Position numbers and translations under genes: made by a program. Shown here in pieces: positions 13,701-25,700 of a DNA stretch of 64,000 nucleotides (positions within the stretch are counted from its first letter, which is position 1; every line of letters begins with the position of its first letter). Source of the stretch: Squalus acanthias (taxonomy: Eukaryota); contig CM059432.1 in NCBI GenBank assembly GCA_030390025.1, forward strand, positions 50,718,001 through 50,782,000, given 5' to 3'. The notes under the pieces are model-generated. The model ran no database searches and was not told the DNA's origin. It saw nothing but the letters and a program-made list of their open reading frames with translations.

Positions 13701-16700
13701 GCAGGTGGAAAGGGTAGCTCGGGGGCCAGCTCCCTGGAGGGTGAGTTCATGCGTGAGTTCTGTTGCACAGAAATCAGATGAGGACCTCGATGGGGAGGCC
13801 TTTAGAAGAAGGGTGATGGGCATGCACATGGAGATGATAGGTGCAATGGAAAGGTGCCTGAGAGCCATTCGGCAATGATAAGGAGCGTGGAGGAGTCCGC
13901 CTCCAACATTGCACAAGGCTCTGCGCACACCATGGAGCCCATAATTTCCAGTCTGCAAAGGATGGTAGACTCCCAAAGAGACCGTGGCGACCCAGACCAG
14001 ATGCCGCGTGTGATGGGCAATCTGGCAGCTTCCATTGCAGCACAGGCGGAAGCGACGCAATGTCTTAGTGCTGTAATGCAGTCTCAGCTTGATGCCACGC
14101 AAGCTCTGACTGCTGCCATTTTGGCTTGGTCTACCACCATCGACTCAGGCTTTCACTGTGTCACAGCAGGCCAGCAATGGGACACCCGCTCAGCCGAGTA
14201 CTGAAGGGTCAAGGCAGTGGAATCATTGCTTGAGCACCCCGATGGTCTGCTCGATGATGTTCCTGGTGGCAGCATGGCTCTCATTATATGAGTGCTGGGC
14301 AGGTGTGGTGGGGTTGTGGAGGGGAGTCATGAGCCAGGTGGAGAGTGGATAGCCGTTGTCTCCGACCAGCCAGCCGCGAGCTTGACGTGGTGGCTGGAAG
14401 AGTGCTGGCACACCGGTCTGGCGCAGGATGAAGGCATCGTGGCTGCTGCCAGGATAGCGGACATTCACATTGAGGATTCGCTGTCTGTGGTCACACACCA
14501 ACTGCACATTAAGTGAGTAGTAGGCTTTGCGGTTACGGAAGATCTCAGGATTGTTATGCGGTGCCCGGAAAGCCACGTGGGTGCAGTCAGTGGCGCCCTG
14601 TACCATGGGGAATCCCGCTATCCTGGCAAAGCCACATGCATGCTCGTCCTGCTTCTCTCTGGTGATAGGGAAGGAAATGTAGTTCCTTCTCCTACTGTAG
14701 GGAGCCTCTGTGACCTCCTGGATGCAGCGATGGATGGCAAACTGCGAGATGATCCCTTTAAATAACGTCCCTGGAGCAGGCTTCTTGCTGCTTCACACCA
14801 GCTCTCCCTGTCGCGGTTGACTCTAGGCGCTAAGGTAGGTGGTGACAATCAATTTCGCAGATTGGGCGCTCAGTGGGCGTTGCACATTCACTGATGTTAC
14901 GATCCACCTGGTGTTGAGGCTCCTGGTGATAACTGTTAGCGGTGGCACTGTGGGGGCGGGATTTGGCGATAATGCTCTCGCGCCCCGTTAGCTCCATCTG
15001 CTGGCGCTAATGGGAGGCGCTAAGGTACCGAATTTTTCCCCCTCACTGTCTTGCCTCCAACATAAAGAATGGTCATGAGCAAGGTAGTTGAGGACTACTG
15101 ACACCCATGCAACTGAGTGCCAGCAAGAGTTATCGCTTTCGGGAGTGGAAGGAAGAACATAGGAACAGGAGTAGGCCATTCAACACCTCAAGCCTGTTCT
15201 GCCATTCAATTAGATCATGGCTGATCTGTATCTTAACTTCATCTACCTGCCTTGGTTCAATAACCTTTAATATCTTTGCCTAACAAAAATCTATCAATCT
15301 CAGCTTTGAAATTTTCAACTGACCTAGCCTCAACAACTTTTTGGAACATAGGATCATAGAAAAAATGTAAAAATCCAACACTGAAAAGTACAAATGATTA
15401 CAAAAATAAAATCTCTATTGGGTGTCTTGTTTGAGAAAAACCTTTCTAGATCGAAATGTAACAAGCACAAACATTCTTACATGTGCACACCATCTGAAGT
15501 TTGGCATTTCCATCAGAGTTCGGTCTCGAAGTTTTCTTTGAAACAACTCATGAGTTTCTTTGTCAAGATAATGGCGAATCTAATTGTTAAAAAAAACACA
15601 GATTTTTCAGTTCATCAAAATTTTCTTTAAAAAATGAAAAGATACACAGATAGGTACTTCATTATTAAAACTACAGAATTAAACTTTTCAAAATAAATTT
15701 TTTATGCAAGTTTAGTAGAATTGTCACACTTCAAATTTTCTTCCATTTCCATCCTGCAAAGTCACCTGGTTTGACATACATTGTTTTCGAACCACAAAAT
15801 AAATAATGTTTGTATTTAGGTTTTAAATCACTAGTCATGATGCGCGATCTGCCCGCGCCTGTTGAAAGTACTGCAGGCAGCACGCAAAATTTGTGCTGCC
15901 TGCTCATTAACATGATTAAAGTGCTGAGCCCAACACGTTGCTAGTTGGCTCAGCGCTCAGCAGGGGGCCCAATATCATGGGAGGTCTGCTCTGTATTTAA
16001 AGGTTGCCTGCAGAGTGAAAGGCTGTCTGCACTTCTTAAAGGGAAGGTGCTTTGTGTGAGAAGTACCTCATTCTGACTAGAGCGAAGCAAAGGGGAAGTT
16101 AGCAATGTCACAACACGGCAGAGAAAGGGCACCTCGGTTCTCATTGCAGGCCTTGGTGCAGGGGGTCGATAGGAGGAGACAGGTCCTCTTCTCGTGGTGG
16201 GCCAGAAGGCCTTTTAGACAGAGTGTACGAAGGCAGTGGGAGGAGATAGCTGAAGCAGTCAGTGTCATCAGTCTTTCCCCCAGGACCTGGATCCAGTGCC
16301 GGAAGAGGTTTAATGACTTCACACGAGTGGTCAAGGTGAGTGAATGCCATATCAAATGCCATATTCCACCAACTGCACCACTAGCCTCACACACTGCTCA
16401 ATGTACCACACCTCAATCACTCACCTACCAACAATCTCTATCAATCACCACTCATACCCCACAATCATAGCTTCACCTCACATACTTACCACTGTTGCAA
16501 GCCTCAGATGCACATCTCACACAATGCCAGCTATTCAACCATGACAGTGACATCACCCAAACACACTGCACCACACGCACTGACACACTTCACCCAAACA
16601 CATTGCACCACACGCACTGACACACTTCACCCAAACACACTGCACCACACTCACTGACACACTTCACCCAAACACACTGCACCACACGCACTGACACACT

Positions 16701-19700
16701 TCACCCAAACACACTGCACCACACTCACTGACACACTTCACCCAAACACATTGCACCACACGCACTGACACACTTCACCCAAACACATTGCACCACACGC
16801 ACTGACACACTTCACCCAAACACACTGCACCACACTCACTGACACACTTCACCCAAACACATTGCACCACACGCACTGACACACTTCACCCAAACACACT
16901 GCACCACACTCACTGACACACTTCACCCAAACACATTGCACCACACGCACTGACACACTTCACCCAAACACATTGCACCACACGCACTGACACACTTCAC
17001 CCAAACACACTGCACCACACTCACTGACACACTTCACCCAAACACATTGCACCACACGCACTGACACACTTCACCCAAACACACTGCACCACACTCACTG
17101 ACAGACTTTCCTTTCTCTTGCATAACCGGCGCCAGCAGGAGCTAACAAGCATGGCTGCAGAACCTGACCCAGCGGATATAATTGGAGGGGTCGTCACTGA
17201 GGCCGTGGCAATCGGCGAGGCTGAAAGCATTGATGATGACTGTATGCTCATACCTAATCCTTCTTCTCACATCCCACTTCCCCCTCATCCCACAATCTCT
17301 TCTCACTTACAAGCTGCTGATGGTGTAAGCATGCACATCTTGCTTTCTCCCCCACCTCACCACAACCCGACTCTTGCGCATTTCTCCTTTCAGATACCCA
17401 AGAACTACCACCAGCCCAGTCTGTGCAGGAAGAAGTAGAGGAGGAGAGTGATAGAGAAGAAGAGACACTGTTACTCGATCTGACACTCCCAGGCACCAGC
17501 TCAGAAAATGGCACTGCACAAACTTTAGAGGGTAGTATAGAGGCAGGATCTGCACGTGGTGAGTCACTGAGCACAAGTGACCTGAACTCAGATGAGGAGT
17601 TCGATGGGGCGGCCTTCAGAAGAAGGGTGATGGACATGCACATAGAAATGCTTGGTGCAATGGCAGGCCTGCCAGAGATCCTGTTGACACTATCAAGGAG
17701 CATGGAGGAGTCTGGCTCCAACCTTGCACGGGCCTTTGCACAGAGCTTTATTAGAGCGCTTGTGGACCCAACCATGATGCTGGGTGTGATGGGCGATGTC
17801 GCAGCTTCCATTGCAGCACAAGCGGAAGCGATCCAACATCTGAGTGCTGCAGTGGAAGCTCAGACTTCTGTCATACAGGCTCAGCTTGCTGCCACGCAAG
17901 CTCAGACTGCTGCCATCGTGGCTGGGTTAATGAGTGTGGAAAGGTATTGCAGCAGTCCAGCTAGAAATGCTGAGGGGCCCTTCCGGGGGAGTGGCAGTAG
18001 CTCCGTGGAGCTTGAACCTGCTGTCCTCTCCCAGGATGACAGCATTCGTACTTCCACCACTGCCACTCCCCCAGTACCATTGCAGTTGCCTGTCAGCCAG
18101 CCAGCCCAGACTGCCTCCACCCATGCTGAGGTGGTGCAGTCTAAGGCCGGGCCATCTAGACTCAGAGCTACTTGCGGTCGTAGGAGCACTAGAATAGGCA
18201 AAGGAACACGAAAGACAGACACTAAGGGAATGCACAAGGGTAATTATTTGACTTTGTAATAGAATATTGGAATTAATCATTTATAAATCATGTTTGGAAT
18301 GTTTGTTTTGTGGTGGCTTTCATTTTAGCATTGTGGCCAAGAGGCCGTTGTGATGTTCCGTGACAGAGGGATGGTAAGGTGGGGAAGTGTTGAGCAACGG
18401 GAATCTGGGGTTTCATTCAGGGGAACCGGAGTCTGATGGTGCATTCACAGATAGCCCATCCGAACGGGAACATTGCAGGCTGCCTCCTCCCCCTCCTCCT
18501 GAGGTGGTCGCGGAACCCGTGGTGGCAAGGGCTGCGCCCTCATGATGGCCAAGTTGTGGAGGATGCAGCACACCACCACAAATTGGGACACCCAATCCGT
18601 TGAGTACTGGAGAGCTCCTCCCGAGCAGTCAAGGCAGTGGTACCGTTGCTTGAGCACCCCGATGATCTGCTCAATGAGGTTCCTCGTGGCAGTATGACTG
18701 TCATTATATGTGGAGGGAAGTCATCAGCCAGGTGTACAGCGGACAGCCCTCGTCGCCGAGCAGCCACCCTCGGGTTCGACGTGTTGGCTGGAAGATTGCT
18801 GGGAGAGCGGACTGGCGCAGGATGAAGGCATCATGACCAATGTTCCCTTTAATTTTTTTTGGGTGCGCGGTTTTTCCCTCTTTAAATGCTGGTGAGCTTG
18901 ATGCGCGGGAGCTGCAGAGCACTGCGCAGCCACGCAGCTTAAAGGGAGCATTGATCATGACTGCTGCCAGGATAGCCGACACGTGCTGGGCGTGGCCGCA
19001 CACCAACTGCACATTAAGTGAGTGGCACCCTTTGCGGTTACGCATTGATATGCGGCATCTGCAAATCCACGTGAGTGCAGTTGATGATTCTCTGCACCAT
19101 GGGGTTGTTCGATATCCTGGCAAAGCCACATCAGCGTTCCTCCTGCTTCTCTCTGTTTAGAGAGAAGACAATGAAGTCCCTTTTCCTAGAGTACAGAACC
19201 TCTGTGGTCTCCTAGATGCAGGGGTGGATGGCGAACTGCGAGATCTTTGCTATATCGCCTGTTCCTGCCTGGAAGGATTCACTGGTGAAAAAAATTCAGG
19301 GCCACGGTCACCTTGAGGGCCACTGGCAGAGCCATCATCGCCCTGCTCTGAAGCTGCAGGTCTGGTTCCAAGAGGTGCAGAGTTCTGTGACCACCTCCTT
19401 GCTGAAGCGGAGCCACCGGAAACACTGGCTTAGGTGCAGGTAGGAGAAGTGCTGCCTGAAGACCCTAGGTGGATAAGGCCTCCTGCTGAGAGCCCTCCTC
19501 CTCCTCCTCCCTCTGCGAGCAGCTTGTCTTTTCTACCTCTGCTCCATCTCCCTGTCATGCTGCAGCGCGAGCGGGACTGCAAGTAGAGCCCCCATGACTG
19601 GGAGCAAGTGGTGTACGCAGAGGCCTTCCAGTAGCAGCCAACACTTTCCCAACGTCCAGCAGCACTCCCTGCTGTGCGGGTTTGGGAGAGGGCATTGTTT

Positions 19701-22700
19701 GGAACAACGACATCGAAAATGGCAGGTCATGCGTCAAATCAGCATTACACGCTGACTGACATCACGATCTGCCTACTTTACATTCTGTCGGCGCACGCAC
19801 GTCCCACCCATGCTATCGCCCTCACCAAGATGGTGACCGGCGGAAGCAAGACATCCGCCATTTTTTTTCTCCAAACTGGCCTTAACTGCCAACGCTAAGG
19901 TGCCAAATTTCATGGCCAATATGTTTTACAAGAATAAACTTTAAAAAAATGTCAATCAATATAATTCAAAGTTTTGCAGCTCGCAAAATATCTGACAAGT
20001 TTAAGTCAAGTGGATTGGTTACTTTAAAAAAAATAAATGTTACACAGACTGAACACTTCTGTCACTCTCTCACAAAAAATTCCCATTAACAAAAAAAGAG
20101 CGACCGTATTTATCAATTCTGCTACTATGTCTATCTGAAGTCTTTTACAGTTTGCCAAACCTCATACTTTTGAGTCTTCCATTGCTTACTCTTATTCACA
20201 TAGTTACACAACTTATTTCCTGAACTAAGCTTCTGATATAATCTACTCTCTGCTAACAACTTTTCTGGATTTTTCTTCTCAGATTTTAAAACTCCAACCT
20301 GAATATCCAATAAATTGAAGTACTCTGTGATATCCTCTTGGAGTTGGTGGCTTTTCAGATCAGGTGTACTACACATTGGGCAAACCACGCTAACAATATT
20401 TTTTTCCTTTATGACTGATGAAAAATACTTCTTAAAACAGTCTTCACAGAAAGAACAGCTACAGTGTACCATTTTGATAATCTACAAAAATAAAAGTATA
20501 AGGATTTTAATCAACATGTCATTTAAATAATAAACCACCAAAATAATTTATCTAGTTCAATGCAAGTCATTTAAGTTAAACAAACTATAGAAAGACAGCA
20601 CTCACACACTATACAATATATATCCACAATCAAGTTTTAAAAAAATGTGATCCAGATTTAAGAATTACATAATGCATAGATAACACACACATTTTATTAC
20701 ACAAGAATAACACTGATTGCAGTTCTAAAACATACACTGAACATGATTAATAGATGGAAGTGATTATTGGCCAGCAGTCTAACTTGGGATTCAGAGGATG
20801 TTTAGAAGCTGCTACAACCTTCGCTGAATATTCTTAATTTCCACTGTTCCATATGCAACTTTTTTTTTAATGTATTTGGAAAGCAGTGTGCATTTTAAAG
20901 CAATAGCAAATTACAACCTGTGCATCACATAATGAAAAACAGAATGCTTTACAAGCTGATTAATTAGGCTACTATATGAATAAGCAAGCAGAGGACCCAC
21001 AAGTTCAATGAGGGCCTGGAGGAAGTTTACTGATTAATTCCCCGAGAACCCCTTTAAATCATTTGGTGATTTTAAGTGCTAAGCAAGGCAACAAATGTCA
21101 GGACAATGAAGGAATCAGTATCCACATCAAGCAATTACAGCTTGGGTACAGCATGGTCAGGTGCAGAATGAAGCTCTTTCTACTCTGCCTCAACAGTTTA
21201 CCTTACGGCCAAGCTCAAAAGACCACCCCTTGTGCACCAGTGTCAATCTTTCCATTTCCCACACAAGCTTTATTTCACCTATGCCTACAAAGCACAATTG
21301 AGATACATAAACTGTAACAGTTTGTGACTGAACAAAATAATTAAATTTCCAAGTCAGTATTCTAATAACAGTGTACAACTTAACCAGTTAGAGCAGAAGA
21401 TGTGCTCTACTGTCTTAGTACTCTTGGATGATAGGAGTTTTGGGGCTTCCTAGCAAACAGGTAATTATATCAATATGCCTGGTCACAGGGTAGTGCAGCA
21501 TGGGGGAACATTGCTGTATCATGTCACAGAGCAGTCACACAAGGGTTCATGTCCAATGATGTGGTGGGTTAAAAGGGGAAGATGGATTTTTTTTTAAATT
21601 GCCTAAAGGACTGTAAACAACAGATGGCTTTAAATGGGGTAGTTTCCTAATAGGGGACAATCATGAATGGGCTTGCTCCAGGGTTCAGTACTGGGTCCCT
21701 TTCTGTTCATTATATTCATTAATGATCTGGAGGAGGACATAAGCAGCACAGTCATTAAATCTGCAATGACGCCAAATTGTTTGGAAGAGTCTAGGAAAGA
21801 GAAATAGACAACTGGATTTGGATAGATTGTGGAAGTGGGCCCAAGACTCGCAAATGTCCTTCAATATCACCAAGTGTGAAGATATGCACGTGCATATATG
21901 AGGGCATAGAACATAACATGAGTCAGGTAGAGGTAACTGAATGGGAGAAAAAGTTCAAGCTCAGTGTTGGAAAGTCATGACCAGAGCTAACAGAACCCTA
22001 AGCTGTATTAGCCAGACCATGAAAATAGGATTATTTAAAGCTTTTCAGCTTTAAAGGAATTTCAGGCAGAGGGCTGCTGAACTGGTCACATATTTTTCTC
22101 TATCAGGAGGGAAGGGAAGGGATGGTTGGTGCACAGGAATAAAATCAGCTGAATGATGTGGGCAAGCACGTATGGGTCTGAGGGCTTTTGTGTGCCCTGG
22201 ATACATAAATACATAAAACATAACATCAGAAGCTAACTACTTCATACTCAGCTCTGCACAAGGTACAAGTGTGCTGCATGGGTCATAGATTTTGCAAGAG
22301 CAAATTAGTGCTGCCTGATACTACACAGCAGAGCCAAGAATTCTATACATTATACCATACCTTGCTAAAAGATACTTGTTCACTGCAAATGGGACACTCA
22401 TGAGAAAGATACCGCACAGCTGTTTCGTAATTTAAACCAGACTGCACAACTTCCATCACATCCTCAACATTGAAATTCTGGTCTTGAAGGCTCAGTAAAC
22501 TCTGAAAAATTTCTGATTTTTCCTTTGACAGACCAACAGGAATCGATGACAAATTTAGCTGTGAATTGAAAAAACAAAAACCCCTCTGTGATTAAGAGGA
22601 AAAACTTCCTTTGTAACCTAAAAAAGTCTATTTCACAATGATCTAATACTTACCTTCGACATGGTATCTGCTATCACAGTAAATAAGTAGGTGTTAAAAC

Positions 22701-25700
22701 ACAATGAACTAAGGGAAACTAAAGTTCTAGTTCACAAGCACCAATATGTCAGTATTTAAAGTCACCTACCTGGGTTTGGCAGGTATGCACCATATCCACA
22801 GTGAGAATTTTAGCCCCAGCATCATCTTTAGCTAATACACCATCTTTTTCATTATACAACTTCACTTGCAGAGGGAAGTTTTTATTATTAATGGTGATTA
22901 CATGATGTTCCTGTTGGACAACTCTTTCTGCAACTGAATAAAAAATGTAATAAGTTTAATATACTTTGGGTCAGTGAATAGAGCACAAGTTTTCACATCT
23001 AGTATGACAATGGAAAATACTTGGTACCCATATTTTTGTTTAACCTTATTGTGTACGTTACATTTTATGCAATTTTTCTCAGTGACTGGAACCAAAGTCA
23101 ATTGGATTTCTTTGTTTGTTTTAAAAATCATAGTTTTCCAAGGCTATTAGAACAATTTCCCATTAACATTACCAGACTGCCATTTTGGTATCAGATTTTA
23201 TTCCAGTTTGCATGAGGCAATGCGACACAAACTTATTTTTCTTTTAAATCGTGATTATGAACTTGCTGGAAAAAATGCAGCCCCTTGCTGGAAAATATAT
23301 GGGGTAAACCTTATCTGTAATTTAAAAAGCCTTATTGGAAAGTCAAGGAGAAAGCATGACCATCAGCACTCCTTTTTAAACAGAATTACAGTAAATCATT
23401 TCTGTTGATTTTTTTCAAAATATTTTTGCTTAATATGACTGACAATATTACCATGTACACTGGAAGCACCTAAGATTGATCATATTCTTCCCATAATAGA
23501 TGTTAATTCAGTTCCCTCAGAATGTAGAATTATGGTGCTATTTTATGGCTCTGGGTACTTGAAAAGGTATAACTCTAGCATCAATCACAGCAGATATAAA
23601 AGTACAACACACATTAGTTTTGAACACAACTAATAAAGTCTTATTTTTTGATGACAAATAAAGATTTTAAAATAAAGTTATGTAGATGAGTGCACAAAAA
23701 TTAAAATCCTGCATTATTGTTTGAAACACATTGTACGAACTAAATCATACTTCAAGCATATTGTACCTTTGGCATCATCAAAGGTGATAACAGCAGATCC
23801 TGGAATTCGAGTTGGATACTGAAAATTGACTATTTCCCCACCACCGTTTCTAGCTCTTTGGAAAAATATGGTAAGCTTATCTTTTATCCTGTGCCCTGGA
23901 AACTCAACAGGAATTTTAAGTACGTGTACTCTCCGTTTATCCTTATACAAGCTTGAATTCTGAGTGTCATGTAAACTCAAAGGTTTTGCATCTTCTGATT
24001 CAATCCGATCCGAAAAAGACGTAAAATTAGCCACACCTTCAAGAAACAGAGAACATGTCATTCTAAAACCTGCATGTCACAGTATTATGAGATTTGACAC
24101 AGGTAAATCATATGGAAAATCTGTACACCTCTACATAAATAATAATTTTTCAAAGATCAGCTTTGTTTAAAAGAATATTTTACATCGATGGATGCACATC
24201 AATGCAAGATTGGCAGTACAACTGGCAGTCAGATCCCTATCTGACTCCAGTGCACACGACAGGAGGCGGCATTACGCAAGTTTTAGTTAGCAGCAGGTAT
24301 AGTATAACTCCAACCTGATACAAAGCCACATTTTAGAATTTCCCAGGACCCTTTGAGCACCTGGGCACTTGATAGAATTTTCATCATTAGGAGAAAGGGA
24401 TATTCGCAGCTGTACTGTCTTAATATTGAAAATGACCAGCCAGGGAGTAGTGCTCTGCGTGTGCATTCAAGTACACTTGCAGTAGAATTCCAACTGCGCA
24501 CTGCACTTCACGGATACTGGCCTGAGACTAGTAGCTGCAGTATAAAAGCAGCTAAATACTTTCTGCTAGTTTTTTCTAAGTTGATTTTCTCACTAATGGG
24601 GACTTTCTAAATATTAATTAGCACTCTTAATAATCTATTCTAAAAGACAGCAGTAGAACTACTTCAAATATTAAAAGATATTCATTCTCGAACAAATATT
24701 TTGTAAGGAAATAAGACACTAAGCAAGATAAGATAAAGACAAAGCAGTTATTCAATTTAAGCACTTCAAATTTCAGGTGTAATGTATAAGTGCTACCTTG
24801 TTTCTTTTGGGAAGATGTCACCAAGTTAAACGCATTAAGCACTTTGTCCAAATGCAAGTCTTTAAAGCAATCTACAGTTTCTTCGATAGAATCCATTTTC
24901 TTCTTCACTGCATGATCTATCAAATAAAGGAAACAAGAATACATTTCAACCAACTGATTAAAAATGCAGTAAAGAGTAACTACACAGACATATTGACAAT
25001 CTCATACTTGAAATTAAATACTTTTTTTTTACGGCAGTCTGGTGACACAAAGGCCAGGATTTTACTGAATTTAAATTCCCCAGATGATGTGGTGATATTT
25101 GACTCATGGGCTGGATTTTCTCAATGGGGAGCTTTTGGAGGCAGGACTCCCACTTGTCGGGTTTTAGTCCTGCCTCCATCGACTTGTGGCCAACCCACGC
25201 TATTTTCCCTTGATTGACCTTGTTAAGCCCACCCAGCGGGCTTAGCAGGCCAATTAAGGGAGAGCCGGTTACAGGTGACGTCAGCGAGTGACATTTCATC
25301 TGTCGAGAGCTTTTGACAGATGAAATGACAGTGTTTGACGGCTCTGTGAAGCTGTCAAACACTGACAATCTGTCCTCTAAGTTGAGCCCTTCCACTCAGG
25401 CTCAGTTAGAGATCTCTCCTGAGCAGAAAGCAGAAGGCTGCAGCTTTTGACAGTTCAGCGGCCATTCTGCTTTCTGTGCCGGTGAGATGAGGGACTCCCG
25501 AGAACTGAAGGGATGAAGCCTGCAGGAAGAAGTAAAGGTAAGTAAAACTTATTGAAACACTTTACACTCACCTCACACACTCACCTCTCCACACTTGCAC
25601 CATCGACCACTCCGTCCCCCGCAGACCGACGGCCCACCTCGCTGACCCTGGCAAGTTAATTGGCACTAATCCCCTTCCCGCCTCGAGGAGATGGGACCCG

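Larger units (their letters stand above)
15830..19917. mobile_element. Harbinger/PIF transposon, decayed (Myb/SANT gene + about 16105-18259; transposase - about 18440-19596); left end approximate
   Basis: RAPRFS...[42 protein letters not shown]; right TIR aaatttcatggcc; left TIR not recognised. Confidence 0.88.

Noticed and set aside
16552..17103. CRISPR-like periodicity (37 bp), also at 55263-55748
   Set aside because: Head-to-tail repeats with no unique spacers, no cas genes, eukaryotic context.
7679..22558. Assigning the symbol RNF31
   Set aside because: The RBR is HOIP-type, but the upstream exons are NID/UEV rather than UBA/NZF/PUB; a paralogue is more likely.
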